Program-made: the position numbers and the translations under genes | Shown here: piece by piece, positions 1-11,370 of the stretch | Layout: each line of letters begins with the position of its first letter | Position numbering within the stretch: position 1 is the first letter of the stretch | NCBI GenBank assembly: GCA_963727505.1 | Contig: CAVSGP010000009.1 | Coordinates: forward strand, 448,001 to 512,000 | Direction of reading: 5' to 3' | Length of the DNA stretch: 64,000 bases | From: an uncultured Trueperaceae bacterium | Lineage (GTDB): Bacteria; Deinococcota; Deinococci; Deinococcales; Trueperaceae | The notes under the pieces: model-generated | What the model was told of the DNA's origin: nothing | The model's input: the letters and a program-made list of their open reading frames with translations, nothing else | Databases searched by the model: none

Positions 1-204
1 GAAGGCCGTGTTGAACAGGTCGCGGATCAGAAGCGGGAAGGCGAGGCCGAACGCGCTGGAGATGCCGACCGCGACGATCCCGACGATGAGGCGCACGCGG
101 TAGGGGCGGGTGAAGCCCAGAAGCCGCCGGAGCTGGGATAGCTCGAGCCCGGCCGGGTCCCGGCCGGAACCCGCACGGCGCCTCGAGCGGAAGACGCTTC
201 GCAC
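1..204 (-). CDS. ABC exporter (MsbA-like permease/ATPase), N-terminal part; continues beyond the window start
   Basis: Manual translation of the minus strand from GTG at 204 gives ...LSQLRRLLGFTRPYRVRLIVGIVAVGISSAFGLAFPLLIRDLFNTAF, typical of an ABC transmembrane-domain N-terminus. TACACT lies 6 nt upstream. Confidence 0.7.
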   Translation of the reverse strand, partial: MRSVFRSRRRAGSGRDPAGLELSQLRRLLGFTRPYRVRLIVGIVAVGISSAFGLAFPLLIRDLFNTAF

Positions 205-302
205 ACTCCGAGTGTACTCGGCCTGCGCGCCGCGCCGCAGCCCGGATGCGGGCGGTACAGTGACGGAACAGAACTGCGAACGACCGATCATCGAGGTGAC
301 GG

Positions 303-2282
<1,980 letters not shown>

Positions 2283-2314
2283 CACGCGGGCTCGCGCACC
2301 GGCCCACGACGACG

Positions 2315-2348
2315 GAGCGGGGCGCGCCGCGATGGGCGCGCCCCGCTC
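2315..2348. terminator. Perfect 14-bp stem-loop between convergent genes; probable bidirectional terminator
   Basis: gagcggggcgcgcc-gcgatg-ggcgcgccccgctc; no U-tract. Confidence 0.6.
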
Positions 2349-2384
2349 GATGGTTGGCGCAGGACGAGGCGGCCGGTTCCGACG

Positions 2385-3233
2385 TCAGCCCTTCACGGCC
2401 CCCGCGGTGAGCCCGGCGACGATGCGCTGCTGGAAGACCAGCACCAGGATGATGAGCGGGACGGTCACCACGACCGACGCCGCCATGATCTGCGCCCAGG
2501 GCAGCTCATACTGACTGGCGCCGCTGAACAGCGCGATGGCGACCGGCACGGTGCGCGCCTTGTTGTCGACCGTGAAGGTGAGGGCGAACAGGAACTCGTT
2601 CCAGGCCTGGATGAACGCCAGCAGGCCGGCGGTCACGAGCCCCGGGGCCATGACCGGCAGCAGCACGCGCGTGAGCGACTGCACCGGCGTGGCGCCGTCG
2701 ACGAAGGCCGCCTCCTCGAGCTCGCGTGGGATCTCGCGTACGAAGCTGGTCAGCACCCACACCGTGAACGGCAGGGTGAACACCATGTAGGACAGGATCA
2801 GTCCCCACCAGGTGTTGTAGAAGTGCAGCGTCCGGATGAGCACGAACATGCCGCCCAGGATGGCGATCTGCGGGAACATCGAGACGCCCAGGATGCCGTA
2901 GAAGACGGTGCGCTTGCCGCGGAAGCGGATGCGGCCGAGCGCGTACGCCGCGGTGCCGCCGATGAGCAGCGACAACAGCGTTGTGAGCCCGGCGACGATG
3001 AGGGAGTTCAGCAGGTTGCGGGCGAACGGCTGGCCCGTGAACACCTCGGCATAGTTCTTCCATTGCGGTACCGGGGGCCAGTAGAGGAGCGGGGTCTGGA
3101 AGAGCTGGTTGGGTGTCTTCAACGACGAGGAGATCGCCCAGAAGAAGGGGAACACGAGATAGAAGAACACCAGGACCACGAGGAGGGCGAACGCCACCTG
3201 GCCCAGGTAGTAGCCGATACCGCGGCGGCGCAT
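2385..3233 (-). CDS. Carbohydrate ABC transporter permease (MalG/ThuG-like)
   Basis: EAA loop ([14 protein letters not shown]), about six TM segments, C-terminal GLTAGAVKG. Confidence 0.9.
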   Translation of the reverse strand: MRRRGIGYYLGQVAFALLVVLVFFYLVFPFFWAISSSLKTPNQLFQTPLLYWPPVPQWKNYAEVFTGQPFARNLLNSLIVAGLTTLLSLLIGGTAAYALGRIRFRGKRTVFYGILGVSMFPQIAILGGMFVLIRTLHFYNTWWGLILSYMVFTLPFTVWVLTSFVREIPRELEEAAFVDGATPVQSLTRVLLPVMAPGLVTAGLLAFIQAWNEFLFALTFTVDNKARTVPVAIALFSGASQYELPWAQIMAASVVVTVPLIILVLVFQQRIVAGLTAGAVKG

Positions 3234-4153
3234 CAGTCGACCTCCACACCGAGGCTGACGACGTAGGCCACGACGAACAGCCCGATGATCACGAAGATGC
3301 CGACCGACATCGCCGAGCCGTAACCGAGCAGGCCGAAGTCGACGAGCTGCTGGCGGGCGTACACCGCCATGGACATGGTGTTGGGCGTGGTGCCGGTCAT
3401 GACGTAGATGGCGTCGAACACGCGGAGCGCGTCGAGCGTACGGAAGATCAGGGCGACCAGCAATGCCGGCCTAAGGAGCGGCAGCGTGACCCGCACGAAG
3501 TTCTGCCAGGGCGTGGCGCCGTCGACGCGGGCGGCCTCATAGAGTTCGGTCGGGATCGATTGCAACCCGGCCAACAGGAGGAGCGCCATGAACGGCGTGG
3601 TCTTCCAGACGTCGACCGAGATGACCGCGGGCAGCATCAGCCTGGGGTTCGCCAGCCAGGCGTACGCCTTGTCCGTCAGGTGGGCCTTCATCAGCATGTC
3701 GTTGATGACGCCGTAGACGTCGTTGTACATCCAGCGCCACATCTGGGCCGAGACCACCGTGGGGATCGCCCAGGGGATCAACATGGCGGTGCGCATGGCG
3801 CCGCGGCCCGGGAACTTGGCGTTGACCAGCATGGCGATGCCGAGGCCGAGCAGGGTCTCCGCGGCAACGGAGCTCACGGTGAACACCACGGTGTTCTGGA
3901 CCGAACGCCACCACTGCGCGTCCTGCACCAGGAACTTGAAGTTCAGCAGGCCCACGTAGTTCGACTTGAGCGGGAACTGCAGCAGGTTGGTCTGGGTGAG
4001 GCTGAGCTGGATGGTACGGATCAGCGGGTAGCCAGCGACCAGTGCGACGACGATCAGGGTGGGGGCCAGGAACAGCCAGGCGGTTCGCGCCCGGCGCGAT
4101 TCCAGCGATATCCCTCCCTTGGCGCTGCGCTTCTTGACGGCGGTCTCTTGCAT
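3233..4153 (-). CDS. Carbohydrate ABC transporter permease (MalF/ThuF-like)
   Basis: DVWKTTPF...[18 protein letters not shown] motif. Confidence 0.9.
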   Translation of the reverse strand: MQETAVKKRSAKGGISLESRRARTAWLFLAPTLIVVALVAGYPLIRTIQLSLTQTNLLQFPLKSNYVGLLNFKFLVQDAQWWRSVQNTVVFTVSSVAAETLLGLGIAMLVNAKFPGRGAMRTAMLIPWAIPTVVSAQMWRWMYNDVYGVINDMLMKAHLTDKAYAWLANPRLMLPAVISVDVWKTTPFMALLLLAGLQSIPTELYEAARVDGATPWQNFVRVTLPLLRPALLVALIFRTLDALRVFDAIYVMTGTTPNTMSMAVYARQQLVDFGLLGYGSAMSVGIFVIIGLFVVAYVVSLGVEVD

Positions 4154-4204
4154 CGATCACCTCGGGCCGAGCGGGGCCGCGAGGCGTGCTCGGCCTAGTG
4201 AAGG

Positions 4205-4236
4205 GCGGCCCCTCCCGACGTTCCGGGAGGGGCCGC
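4205..4236. terminator. Intercistronic 13-bp stem-loop after the sugar-binding protein gene
   Basis: gcggcccctcccg-acgttc-cgggaggggccgc. Confidence 0.55.
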
Positions 4237-4250
4237 GACGGAGCCCGGGA

Positions 4251-5528
4251 TTACCAGCCCGTGCCCTTGATGCGGGTGAGCTGGCTCTTCAGGCCGGCGA
4301 GGGCCTGGTTGGCCTGCGCCTGACCGGTCAAGACGTTGTGGACCGCGGTCCAGAACGCGCTGGAGACCTGGTTGTACTTCTGCTTGGTGGCCGTTGCGGG
4401 GCGGGCGACCGCGCTCGCGAAGACCGGCTTGAGCTGGTGGATGAAGGCGTTCTGCTCGACGACCTGCGGGTCGTCGTAGACCGCCAGGCGGGAGGGCAGG
4501 AAGCTTCCCTTGATGGCGCGTTCGGTCTCGACCTTGGCGCTCGTCAGGTACTTGATGAGGTCGGCAGCTTCGGCCTGGTGCTTGGAGAAGCGCGAGACCG
4601 CGAGCTGCCAGCCGCCCAGCGTGGCGGCGTGCTGGCCGTCGGCCGTGGAGGCCATGGGGAGGGCGGCCACGCCGAACTTGCCCTTGATGGGGCTGTCGGC
4701 GCTCTGCCCCGGATTGTAGGCGTAGGGCCAGTTGCGCATGAAGGCGGCGTTGCCGGCCTGCCAGACGCCTCGGGCGTCCTCTTCCTGGTAGCTGGTCACG
4801 CCCGGAGGCGAGATGGTGCCGACCCAGCCGGCGGCCATGTTGATGGCCGCGGCGGCCTTGGCGTTGTCGATGGTGATGTTGCCCTGCGGGTCGACGATGG
4901 TGCCGCCGCCGTAGGAGTAGACCCACTCGAGGGCGTCACAGGTCAGGCCTTCGTAGGCGTTGCCCTGCCAGACGTAACCCCAGAACTTGTCGTTGCCGGC
5001 CGCGCGCTCGCCGGCCTGGATCTTCTGGGCCATCGAGGTGAGCTGGGCCCAGGTGGTGGGGGGGCCGTCGAAGCCGTACTTCTTGAGCAGGTCCGTGCGG
5101 TAGTACAGCAGGCCCGCGTCGTTGAACCACGGGATCGCCACCTGCTTGCCCTCGTACTGGTCGTTGGTGACCAGCGCGGGGATGAAGCCGCTCAGGTCGC
5201 TCTGGTTGAAGTACTTGCCGAGATCGACGAAGTAGCTTCCCAGGACGCCGGGCCAAACGACGTCGATCTGGTAGACGTCGATGCTGTCGGCCTGCGCGCC
5301 GAGCTGCTGCTGGTAGAGCGCCAGGCGGTCGGTCGACGAGTTCGGCGTCGAAACCACCACGACGGAGTTGCCCGTCTGTTGCGCCCACGCCTGCGATTCG
5401 TCCTTGCACAGCGTGAGTTCGTTGCCGACGGCTCCGCAGGAGATGTGCAGCGTCACGCCTTGCGCGAGTGCAGCACCTCCGAAGAGACCGCCGACCAGGA
5501 CGAGAAGGGCCAGCCAGATTCGTTTCAT
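4251..5528 (-). CDS. Sugar ABC transporter substrate-binding protein (trehalose/maltose type)
   Basis: Signal peptide MKRIWLALL...ALA-Q; motifs DVVW, GLLYYRTDLL, YEGLTCD and FMRNWPY; SD gagg before ATG 5528. Confidence 0.88.
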   Translation of the reverse strand: MKRIWLALLVLVGGLFGGAALAQGVTLHISCGAVGNELTLCKDESQAWAQQTGNSVVVVSTPNSSTDRLALYQQQLGAQADSIDVYQIDVVWPGVLGSYFVDLGKYFNQSDLSGFIPALVTNDQYEGKQVAIPWFNDAGLLYYRTDLLKKYGFDGPPTTWAQLTSMAQKIQAGERAAGNDKFWGYVWQGNAYEGLTCDALEWVYSYGGGTIVDPQGNITIDNAKAAAAINMAAGWVGTISPPGVTSYQEEDARGVWQAGNAAFMRNWPYAYNPGQSADSPIKGKFGVAALPMASTADGQHAATLGGWQLAVSRFSKHQAEAADLIKYLTSAKVETERAIKGSFLPSRLAVYDDPQVVEQNAFIHQLKPVFASAVARPATATKQKYNQVSSAFWTAVHNVLTGQAQANQALAGLKSQLTRIKGTGW

Positions 5529-5767
5529 GGGACACCTCGTTTCCTTCAGTAACCCGCGCCGTGAACCTTCAGCCGCGGGGTTGAACCCAGATCGACCTAC
5601 GGAGAGCCCACCGCACCCGCACTGTTGGGGCCATATCCGGCACGCCTCCGATTCCCCCGGATGGTCGTCTGCTTGGGATGAACGATAGCACGTGCCCATC
5701 GGCCTCGCAACAGGTATTCGCCCTTGTATGCGGCGTTTCGCGACGGTACACGGCCTCGGCGAAGGGC

Positions 5768-6835
5768 TCAGGCCATCGGCCGGCCGACCATGCGGGTGAT
5801 CATCTGCTGGAACTCGATCTCGTGGAAGGGCTTGAGGAGCACCTCGGCGCGCGGGCGCCGGGCGCGGCCGAAGATGCCGCCCCTGGGCGCCTCGTCGACC
5901 AGTACCAGCACGGGCAGGTGGCTCTGCCCGGTCTGGCGCCGCAGCTCCTTGACGAGCTCCCAGCCGGCGCCCTCCTGGTCGTCGACCACCAGCGCGGAGG
6001 GGTGGATGTCCGGCAGGATCCTGAGTGCGTCCTCGTAGTCGAGGGCGACCTCGGCACGCAGTCGCGCCCGCTGCAGCGACAGCCGCAGGAGCCGCTGCAG
6101 GGCGCTGCTGGGCGACACGGCCAGCACCAGCGGGTCCTCGACGTGGAAGGGCTGCGCCTCGATGACAGCCGTCCGTTGCAGCTCGAAGAGGATGTGCAAC
6201 ACGTGGCGTTCCGTGAGATCGAGCTCGGAGGCGATGGAGCGTGCGGTGCGCGTGCCGTCGACGTAGCCGAGGACCTCCCAGGCTCCCGCCGGCATCTCGA
6301 CCTTGGTGGGGTCGCCCTGGCGAAGGAAGATGGTGTCGGGCTCGACCACGCCCCCCTCGAACTCGTGCAGACGCTGCGCCACGGACATGAGCAGCTTCAT
6401 GGCGTCGACCGAGTGGTGGGTGGGGGCCTGGGAGGCCCAGCCGGAACGCTCGGCGAAGTTGAACTGCCCGTCGGACCAGCTCATCAGCTCCGACACGACC
6501 TCCAGCACCTGGCGTTCGAGCGCGCGGCGCAAGTCGTCCTCGTCGATCAGGCGCATCTCCACGGCCATGAGCCCGAGAGGCGTGCCGGCGTTCTCGATGT
6601 GCTGCCGCCGGAGGATCTCCTGGACCTCGTGCGTGGTGAGCAGGTCCATGCGCACCAGGATCTCTCCGAGGTGGACCCCTGGGGAGATGTGCGCGTACTG
6701 GATGCCGCCCTGCTCGAAGTAGATGCGCGCGCGCGCCTGGCCCCGCATGACGGTGAGGATGCCCGCCTTCTGGCCGGTGGCGATGATCTGGAACACGTCC
6801 GAGAGCGGGAGGTTGCGCAGGCTGCCCTCGATCAT
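5768..6835 (-). CDS. DUF4388/PATAN-domain protein with MshEN-like repeats and a degenerate C-terminal receiver domain
   Basis: N-terminal GSL...LSDVFQ...GILTV...IYFEQG and W.DGQFNF (PATAN-like); C-terminal receiver-like fold ending in KPF. Confidence 0.7.
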   Translation of the reverse strand: MIEGSLRNLPLSDVFQIIATGQKAGILTVMRGQARARIYFEQGGIQYAHISPGVHLGEILVRMDLLTTHEVQEILRRQHIENAGTPLGLMAVEMRLIDEDDLRRALERQVLEVVSELMSWSDGQFNFAERSGWASQAPTHHSVDAMKLLMSVAQRLHEFEGGVVEPDTIFLRQGDPTKVEMPAGAWEVLGYVDGTRTARSIASELDLTERHVLHILFELQRTAVIEAQPFHVEDPLVLAVSPSSALQRLLRLSLQRARLRAEVALDYEDALRILPDIHPSALVVDDQEGAGWELVKELRRQTGQSHLPVLVLVDEAPRGGIFGRARRPRAEVLLKPFHEIEFQQMITRMVGRPMA

Positions 6836-6842
6836 CCCGCGC

Positions 6843-7829
6843 TCATCCGCCCTCGTTGAACAGCGCGGCCGGCGTGGCCGCGACGGGGAGGCCGAGATGG
6901 ACGTAGGCCGCCTCGGTTGCGACGCGTCCCCGCGAGGTTCGCTTCAGCAGGCCCCGCTGGATCAAGAAGGGCTCGTAGACCTCCTCGAGAGTCGCCCGGT
7001 CCTCTCCGACCGCGGTCGCCAGCGTATCGAGCCCGACCGGTCCGCCGGCGAACTTCTCCACCAGCGCACGCAAGATGGTGCGGTCGCGGCGATCGAGGCC
7101 GGCGTCGTCGATGCCGAGCGCACCCAGTGCGGCGCCGGTGCGTTCGAGCGTGATGCGCGGTTCGCCGGCAACGTCGGCGAAGTCCCTGACGCGCCTCAAG
7201 AGCCGCTTGGCGATGCGCATGGTGCCGCGCGCGCGCCGCCCGATTTCGAGCGCTGCCCCGGGCTCGAGCACGAACCCGAACAGCTCGGCGTCGCGCACGA
7301 CCGCCTCGGCGAGCTCCCGGTCGGCGTAATAGTCCAGATGCTCGATGATGCCGAAGCGACTGCGCAGCGGGCCCGTGATGAGGCCCGGCCGCGTGGTGGC
7401 GCCGACCAGCGTGAAGCGCGGCAGGTCGAGCCGGATCGAGCGCGCGGCCGGCCCCTGCCCCAGCACGATGTCGATCTTGAAGTCCTCCATGGCGGGATAC
7501 AGGTGCTCCTCGGCCACGCGGCCCAGCCGGTGGATCTCGTCGATGAAGAGCACATCACCGTCCTCGAGCGCGTTCGTGAGGATGGCGGCCAGATCACCGG
7601 GTTTCTCGATGGCAGGTCCGCTCGTGACGCGGATACCCACGCCCAGCTCGGCGGCGATGATGTGGGCGAGCGTCGTCTTGCCGAGCCCCGGCGGGCCGTA
7701 GAGCAGCACGTGATCGAGAGGCTCCTCGCGATTCCGAGCGGCCTCCAGGTAGACCTCGAGCTTCTTCTTGAGCCGTCCCTGCCCGACGTACTCGGAGAGC
7801 GAAGCCGGCCGCAATCGCGCGTCGTCCAC
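6843..7829 (-). CDS. ruvB: Holliday junction branch migration helicase RuvB
   Basis: [32 protein letters not shown] and GATTR motifs. Confidence 0.97.
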   Translation of the reverse strand: MDDARLRPASLSEYVGQGRLKKKLEVYLEAARNREEPLDHVLLYGPPGLGKTTLAHIIAAELGVGIRVTSGPAIEKPGDLAAILTNALEDGDVLFIDEIHRLGRVAEEHLYPAMEDFKIDIVLGQGPAARSIRLDLPRFTLVGATTRPGLITGPLRSRFGIIEHLDYYADRELAEAVVRDAELFGFVLEPGAALEIGRRARGTMRIAKRLLRRVRDFADVAGEPRITLERTGAALGALGIDDAGLDRRDRTILRALVEKFAGGPVGLDTLATAVGEDRATLEEVYEPFLIQRGLLKRTSRGRVATEAAYVHLGLPVAATPAALFNEGG

Positions 7830-7874
7830 GCAAACACAGTAGCATGTGCGTTCGCTGGCCCAACATGCGGAACC

Positions 7875-9560
7875 TTACGGCCGGGGGCGCCCCGAGGCGC
7901 CGGCCGACCGATCGGCGATGCCCGTCCCGGACGAGGTCGCCTTCGAAGCGTCGCCGCCTGTCAGCGCGTCGACCCCGGCGACCGCCTCCAGCGTCTCGAT
8001 CCCCTCCAAGACTCGCGGTTCGGGCCCGAAGCCGATCCGCACCTGTCCGTAGCCGGCGACGAGATACACCGCTCCGCGTTCGTCCACCAGCTCGCGGCTG
8101 CCCGTGAGCGCCAACAACGGCCGGCGCACGCCTTCCAGGAAACGCTCGCGCCGCTCGTGCGCCATCCCCGCCAGGTGGAGGCGGTACAGCAGCTGGCGCG
8201 ACAGCGCCACGTCGGGCCAGGCGCCTGCGAACCAGCGCCGCGCTACCCAGGCCGCCTGCACCAGGGTTCCCGCCGCCATCGCCCACCAGGCCCCGTCGAC
8301 GCCGAGCGGCGTGTGCAGCGCGAGCAGCCACGCCACCGGCAGTGTGACAAGCCAGCGCCCCGTGAACGTGCCCCACAGGGCGGGCCGCGTGTCGCCGGCG
8401 CCTCGCAGCGCCCCGGCGAGCACCATGAACACCGCCAGGACCGGCTGGGCCAGCGCGTTGATGCGCAGGTAGCTGACACCCGCGCGGACCACCACCGCGT
8501 TCCCTCCGGGTTCGAACAGGCGGATCCACAGCGGCGCACCGACCAGTAGCACCAGGCCGACCGAGGACATCACCGCCAGCCCCACGAACAGCGCGGCGTG
8601 GCCGCGACGCCACGCCTGGGCTACCTGCCAGGCGCCCAGCGCGCGACCCACCAGGCTGGTGGCGGCCACGCTCAGCGCCACGCCCGGCATGTAGGCCAGC
8701 GACTCGATCTGGATCCCGATGGCCAGCGCGGCGGCGCCGAGGGTACCGGCCGGCGTGGAGGTCACCACCCGAAGCAGCAGGAGCCTGGACAGGGCGTAAG
8801 CGAGCCCCTGCAGGCCGGCCGGCGTACCGATGGCGAGGATGGTGCCGAAACGCTGCACGTTCGGCCGGAAGGGGCCACGGCCGCGCCGCAGCACGGTACG
8901 GCCGCGGAGGAACAGGATCAGCCCCAGGGTCGCGCCGACCGCCCAGGCGGCCACCGTCCCGAGCCCGGCCCCAGGCACGCCGAGCGCAGGGAGCGGCCCC
9001 GGGCCGAACATGAAGAGGTAGTCGAAGAGCACGTTCAGGAGGTTCACGCTGCCGCCGAGCAGGAGCGGTGTCAGGGTGTCTCCCGCCCCCTGCCAGAGGC
9101 TCGCCAGACCGAGGTTGAGGAACAGCGCGGCCGTACCCAGGAAGAGGATACGCAGGTAACCGACGCCGAGGGTCACGGCCTCGGCGTCGCCGGATGAGTT
9201 CATGAACGCGAGCAGCGGGTGCGCCGCGAACCAGCCGAGCGCGCCGATGGCAACGGCCGCCGCCACCCCCAGCAGCAGGGTCTGGCGGGCGACTTCGGCG
9301 AGCTCCTCGTCGTCGTTCGCGCCGCGCGCCTGGGCGGCGAGGGCCATGCCGCCCGCCGTCACCATCTGGGCCAGCAGCGTGACGAGCAGCGCCACGCTGC
9401 TGGCGAAGCCCACGGCGGCGACCGGAATGGCGCCCAGGCGACCCGCCATGAAGACGTCCACGACGTTGACGAGCGTCTGCAGGAGGTTCGTTGCGATGAC
9501 GGGCAGCGCCAGCCGGGCGACCGGGCGCAGCAGCGAACGGAGGGATGCGGGGCCCGTCAT
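7875..9560 (-). CDS. MATE family efflux transporter with C-terminal extension
   Basis: Twelve-TM MATE pattern (LALPV..TNLLQ, GDTLTPL, LGVPGAGLGT, GDTRPAL). The start at ATG 9560 follows TAGCAT by 7 nt. Confidence 0.88.
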   Translation of the reverse strand: MTGPASLRSLLRPVARLALPVIATNLLQTLVNVVDVFMAGRLGAIPVAAVGFASSVALLVTLLAQMVTAGGMALAAQARGANDDEELAEVARQTLLLGVAAAVAIGALGWFAAHPLLAFMNSSGDAEAVTLGVGYLRILFLGTAALFLNLGLASLWQGAGDTLTPLLLGGSVNLLNVLFDYLFMFGPGPLPALGVPGAGLGTVAAWAVGATLGLILFLRGRTVLRRGRGPFRPNVQRFGTILAIGTPAGLQGLAYALSRLLLLRVVTSTPAGTLGAAALAIGIQIESLAYMPGVALSVAATSLVGRALGAWQVAQAWRRGHAALFVGLAVMSSVGLVLLVGAPLWIRLFEPGGNAVVVRAGVSYLRINALAQPVLAVFMVLAGALRGAGDTRPALWGTFTGRWLVTLPVAWLLALHTPLGVDGAWWAMAAGTLVQAAWVARRWFAGAWPDVALSRQLLYRLHLAGMAHERRERFLEGVRRPLLALTGSRELVDERGAVYLVAGYGQVRIGFGPEPRVLEGIETLEAVAGVDALTGGDASKATSSGTGIADRSAGASGRPRP

Positions 9561-9614
9561 GTGGGCCATGCTACGGCGCACGGGGTCCGGCGGGGCGGTG
9601 CTAGCGTGAGCGCC

Positions 9615-10514
9615 ATGGACGTCCAAGACTCCGCTCCGGGCGACCCGGCGGCGACGGCCGCACGGGCCCGTCTGCTCGTCTCCTGCCCCGACCGGCCCGG
9701 CATCGTCGCCGCCGTCGCGAGCTTCCTCGCCGAGCGCGGCGCCAACATCCTGGATGCCGATCAGCACAGCAGCGACCCTCGTGGCGGCGGGACGTTCTCC
9801 ATGCGAATGGCGTTCGAGCTCCCTCGGCGCGCAGGCGGGCTGGAGGCCCTGCGCGGAGCGTTCGCGCGCACGGTGGCGGAGCCCTTCGACATGCGCTGGC
9901 GCCTGGCGGACGCGCGCCGGGCCAAGCGCGTCGCGGTGCTGGTGTCGAACGTCGAGCACTGCCTGCTGGAGCTGCTGTGGCGGCGCCGCGCCGGCGATTT
10001 CGAGGACGATATCGCCATGGTGGTGTCGAACCACGATCGCCTGCGCCCCATGGTGGAGCCCTTCGGCGTGCCCTTCCACCACCTGCCGATCGTCGACGGC
10101 GACAGAGAGTCGCAAGAGCAGCGCGTGCTGGAGCTCCTGGGGGGGTCGGTCGACGTCATCGTGCTGGCGCGCTACATGCAGATCCTCAGCCCGGCGTTCG
10201 TGGCGCGGTACCGGGAACGGATCATCAACATCCACCACTCCTTCTTGCCGGCGTTCAGCGGGGGGAGGCCCTATCACCGGGCCTACGAGCGCGGCGTCAA
10301 GCTCATCGGCGCCACCGCCCACTACGTCACCGACGAGCTCGACAAAGGACCGATCATCGAGCAGGACGTGGTGCGGGTGACCCACCGGCAGTCGGTGCGC
10401 GATCTGCAGCGGCTCGGACGTGAGATCGAGCGGACGGTGCTGGCGCGCGCGGTGACGCTCCACCTCGAGGACCGCATCCTGGTCCAGGGGAACAAGACCA
10501 TCGTGTTCGCCTGA
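9615..10514 (+). CDS. purU: Formyltetrahydrofolate deformylase
   Basis: ACT domain (CPDRPGIVA), LARYMQILS, INIHHSFLPAF and GATAHYVT..LD.GPII. Confidence 0.96.
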   Translation: MDVQDSAPGDPAATAARARLLVSCPDRPGIVAAVASFLAERGANILDADQHSSDPRGGGTFSMRMAFELPRRAGGLEALRGAFARTVAEPFDMRWRLADARRAKRVAVLVSNVEHCLLELLWRRRAGDFEDDIAMVVSNHDRLRPMVEPFGVPFHHLPIVDGDRESQEQRVLELLGGSVDVIVLARYMQILSPAFVARYRERIINIHHSFLPAFSGGRPYHRAYERGVKLIGATAHYVTDELDKGPIIEQDVVRVTHRQSVRDLQRLGREIERTVLARAVTLHLEDRILVQGNKTIVFA

Positions 10515-10633
10515 GGCAGCGGAGCTGCGGTACGCTTGGGGGTGGCGTCGCGGCGGAGCCCCGGCCACGGCAGCGTGCCGCTCTCGAGCGGCAGGGCGCC
10601 GTCCAGGGCCGCGCGGGCGCCGGAGGTTAGCGC

Positions 10634-11176
10634 ATGCAGACGCATCGAGTACGCATCGGAGACCAGGAGCGCGATCTCCATGTGGTGAACGTCGGAGCGG
10701 TGTCCGTGGCCCTTCTGAACCTGCTGGGGGACACGACACTGACGGAGGCGGCCGCCGTGGAGCTTGCAAAGCGCATCCCGCCCGAGGTCGAGACGCTGGT
10801 GACGCCCGAGGTCAAGGCTGTGCCCCTCGCCCACGCCATCAGCGTGCGGACGGGCATCCCCTACGTGGTCGTCCGCAAGACCGAGAAGCCCTACATGGTC
10901 GGCGCGGTCAAGAAGACGGTCGTCAGCATCACGACCGGCCGACCGCAGGAGCTCGTGATCGACGGCGCCGATATCGAGCGCCTGCGGTCGCGGAGGGTGG
11001 CCATCGTCGATGACGTGGTCAGCACGGGAGGAACCCTGCAGGGCCTGCGCGAGCTGCTGAGCGAGGTGGGCGCGGACGTGGTGGCGACGCTGGCGGTGTT
11101 CACCGAGGGGGACGAGCGCTCCGACGTGATGGCCCTGGGCCACCTGCCGCTCTATCCTGCGCGGCCGGACGCCTAG
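10634..11176 (+). CDS. apt: Adenine (purine) phosphoribosyltransferase
   Basis: PRPP-binding motif [12 protein letters not shown]; resembles the Thermus-type APRT. Confidence 0.75.
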   Translation: MQTHRVRIGDQERDLHVVNVGAVSVALLNLLGDTTLTEAAAVELAKRIPPEVETLVTPEVKAVPLAHAISVRTGIPYVVVRKTEKPYMVGAVKKTVVSITTGRPQELVIDGADIERLRSRRVAIVDDVVSTGGTLQGLRELLSEVGADVVATLAVFTEGDERSDVMALGHLPLYPARPDA

Positions 11177-11185
11177 CGCCCGAGG

Positions 11186-11260
11186 CTCCGCGCGCCCGAC
11201 CCCTGCCAGCGCAATCCCTGCGCGCGCAATCCTTGCGCGTTCGACGCCTGCGCGCGTGAG
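11186..11260. repeat. Degenerate 15-bp tandem repeat, about 5 units
   Basis: ctccgcgcgcccgac / ccctgccagcgcaat / ccctgcgcgcgcaat / ccttgcgcgttcgac / gcctgcgcgcgtgag. Confidence 0.6.
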
Positions 11261-11370
11261 CCCACGGCATGGGATGAATCCCCGCCCAGACGGCATCTCC
11301 GCCGTCTCGTGGGACGTGATATGGTGACTCTTGACGGCGAGCGAAGCCCACCCACGGAAGGTCGGACCCC

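Noticed and set aside
7830..7875. Possible DdrO/RDRM radiation-response motif upstream of ruvB
   Set aside because: Only a weak gcatgt...acatgc inverted repeat is present; it does not fit the 17-bp RDRM palindrome.
10515..10633. Possible purine/ZTP/PRPP riboswitch between purU and apt
   Set aside because: The region is GC-rich and foldable, but I could not match conserved aptamer motifs.
9561..10769. Apparent 964-aa MATE protein with a ~400-aa N-terminal extension
   Set aside because: The extension is the antisense of purU; the real start is ATG 9560 after a TAGCAT -10 element.
11186..11260. Possible CRISPR array
   Set aside because: Units are contiguous 15-mers with no unique spacers, and no cas genes are present in the window.
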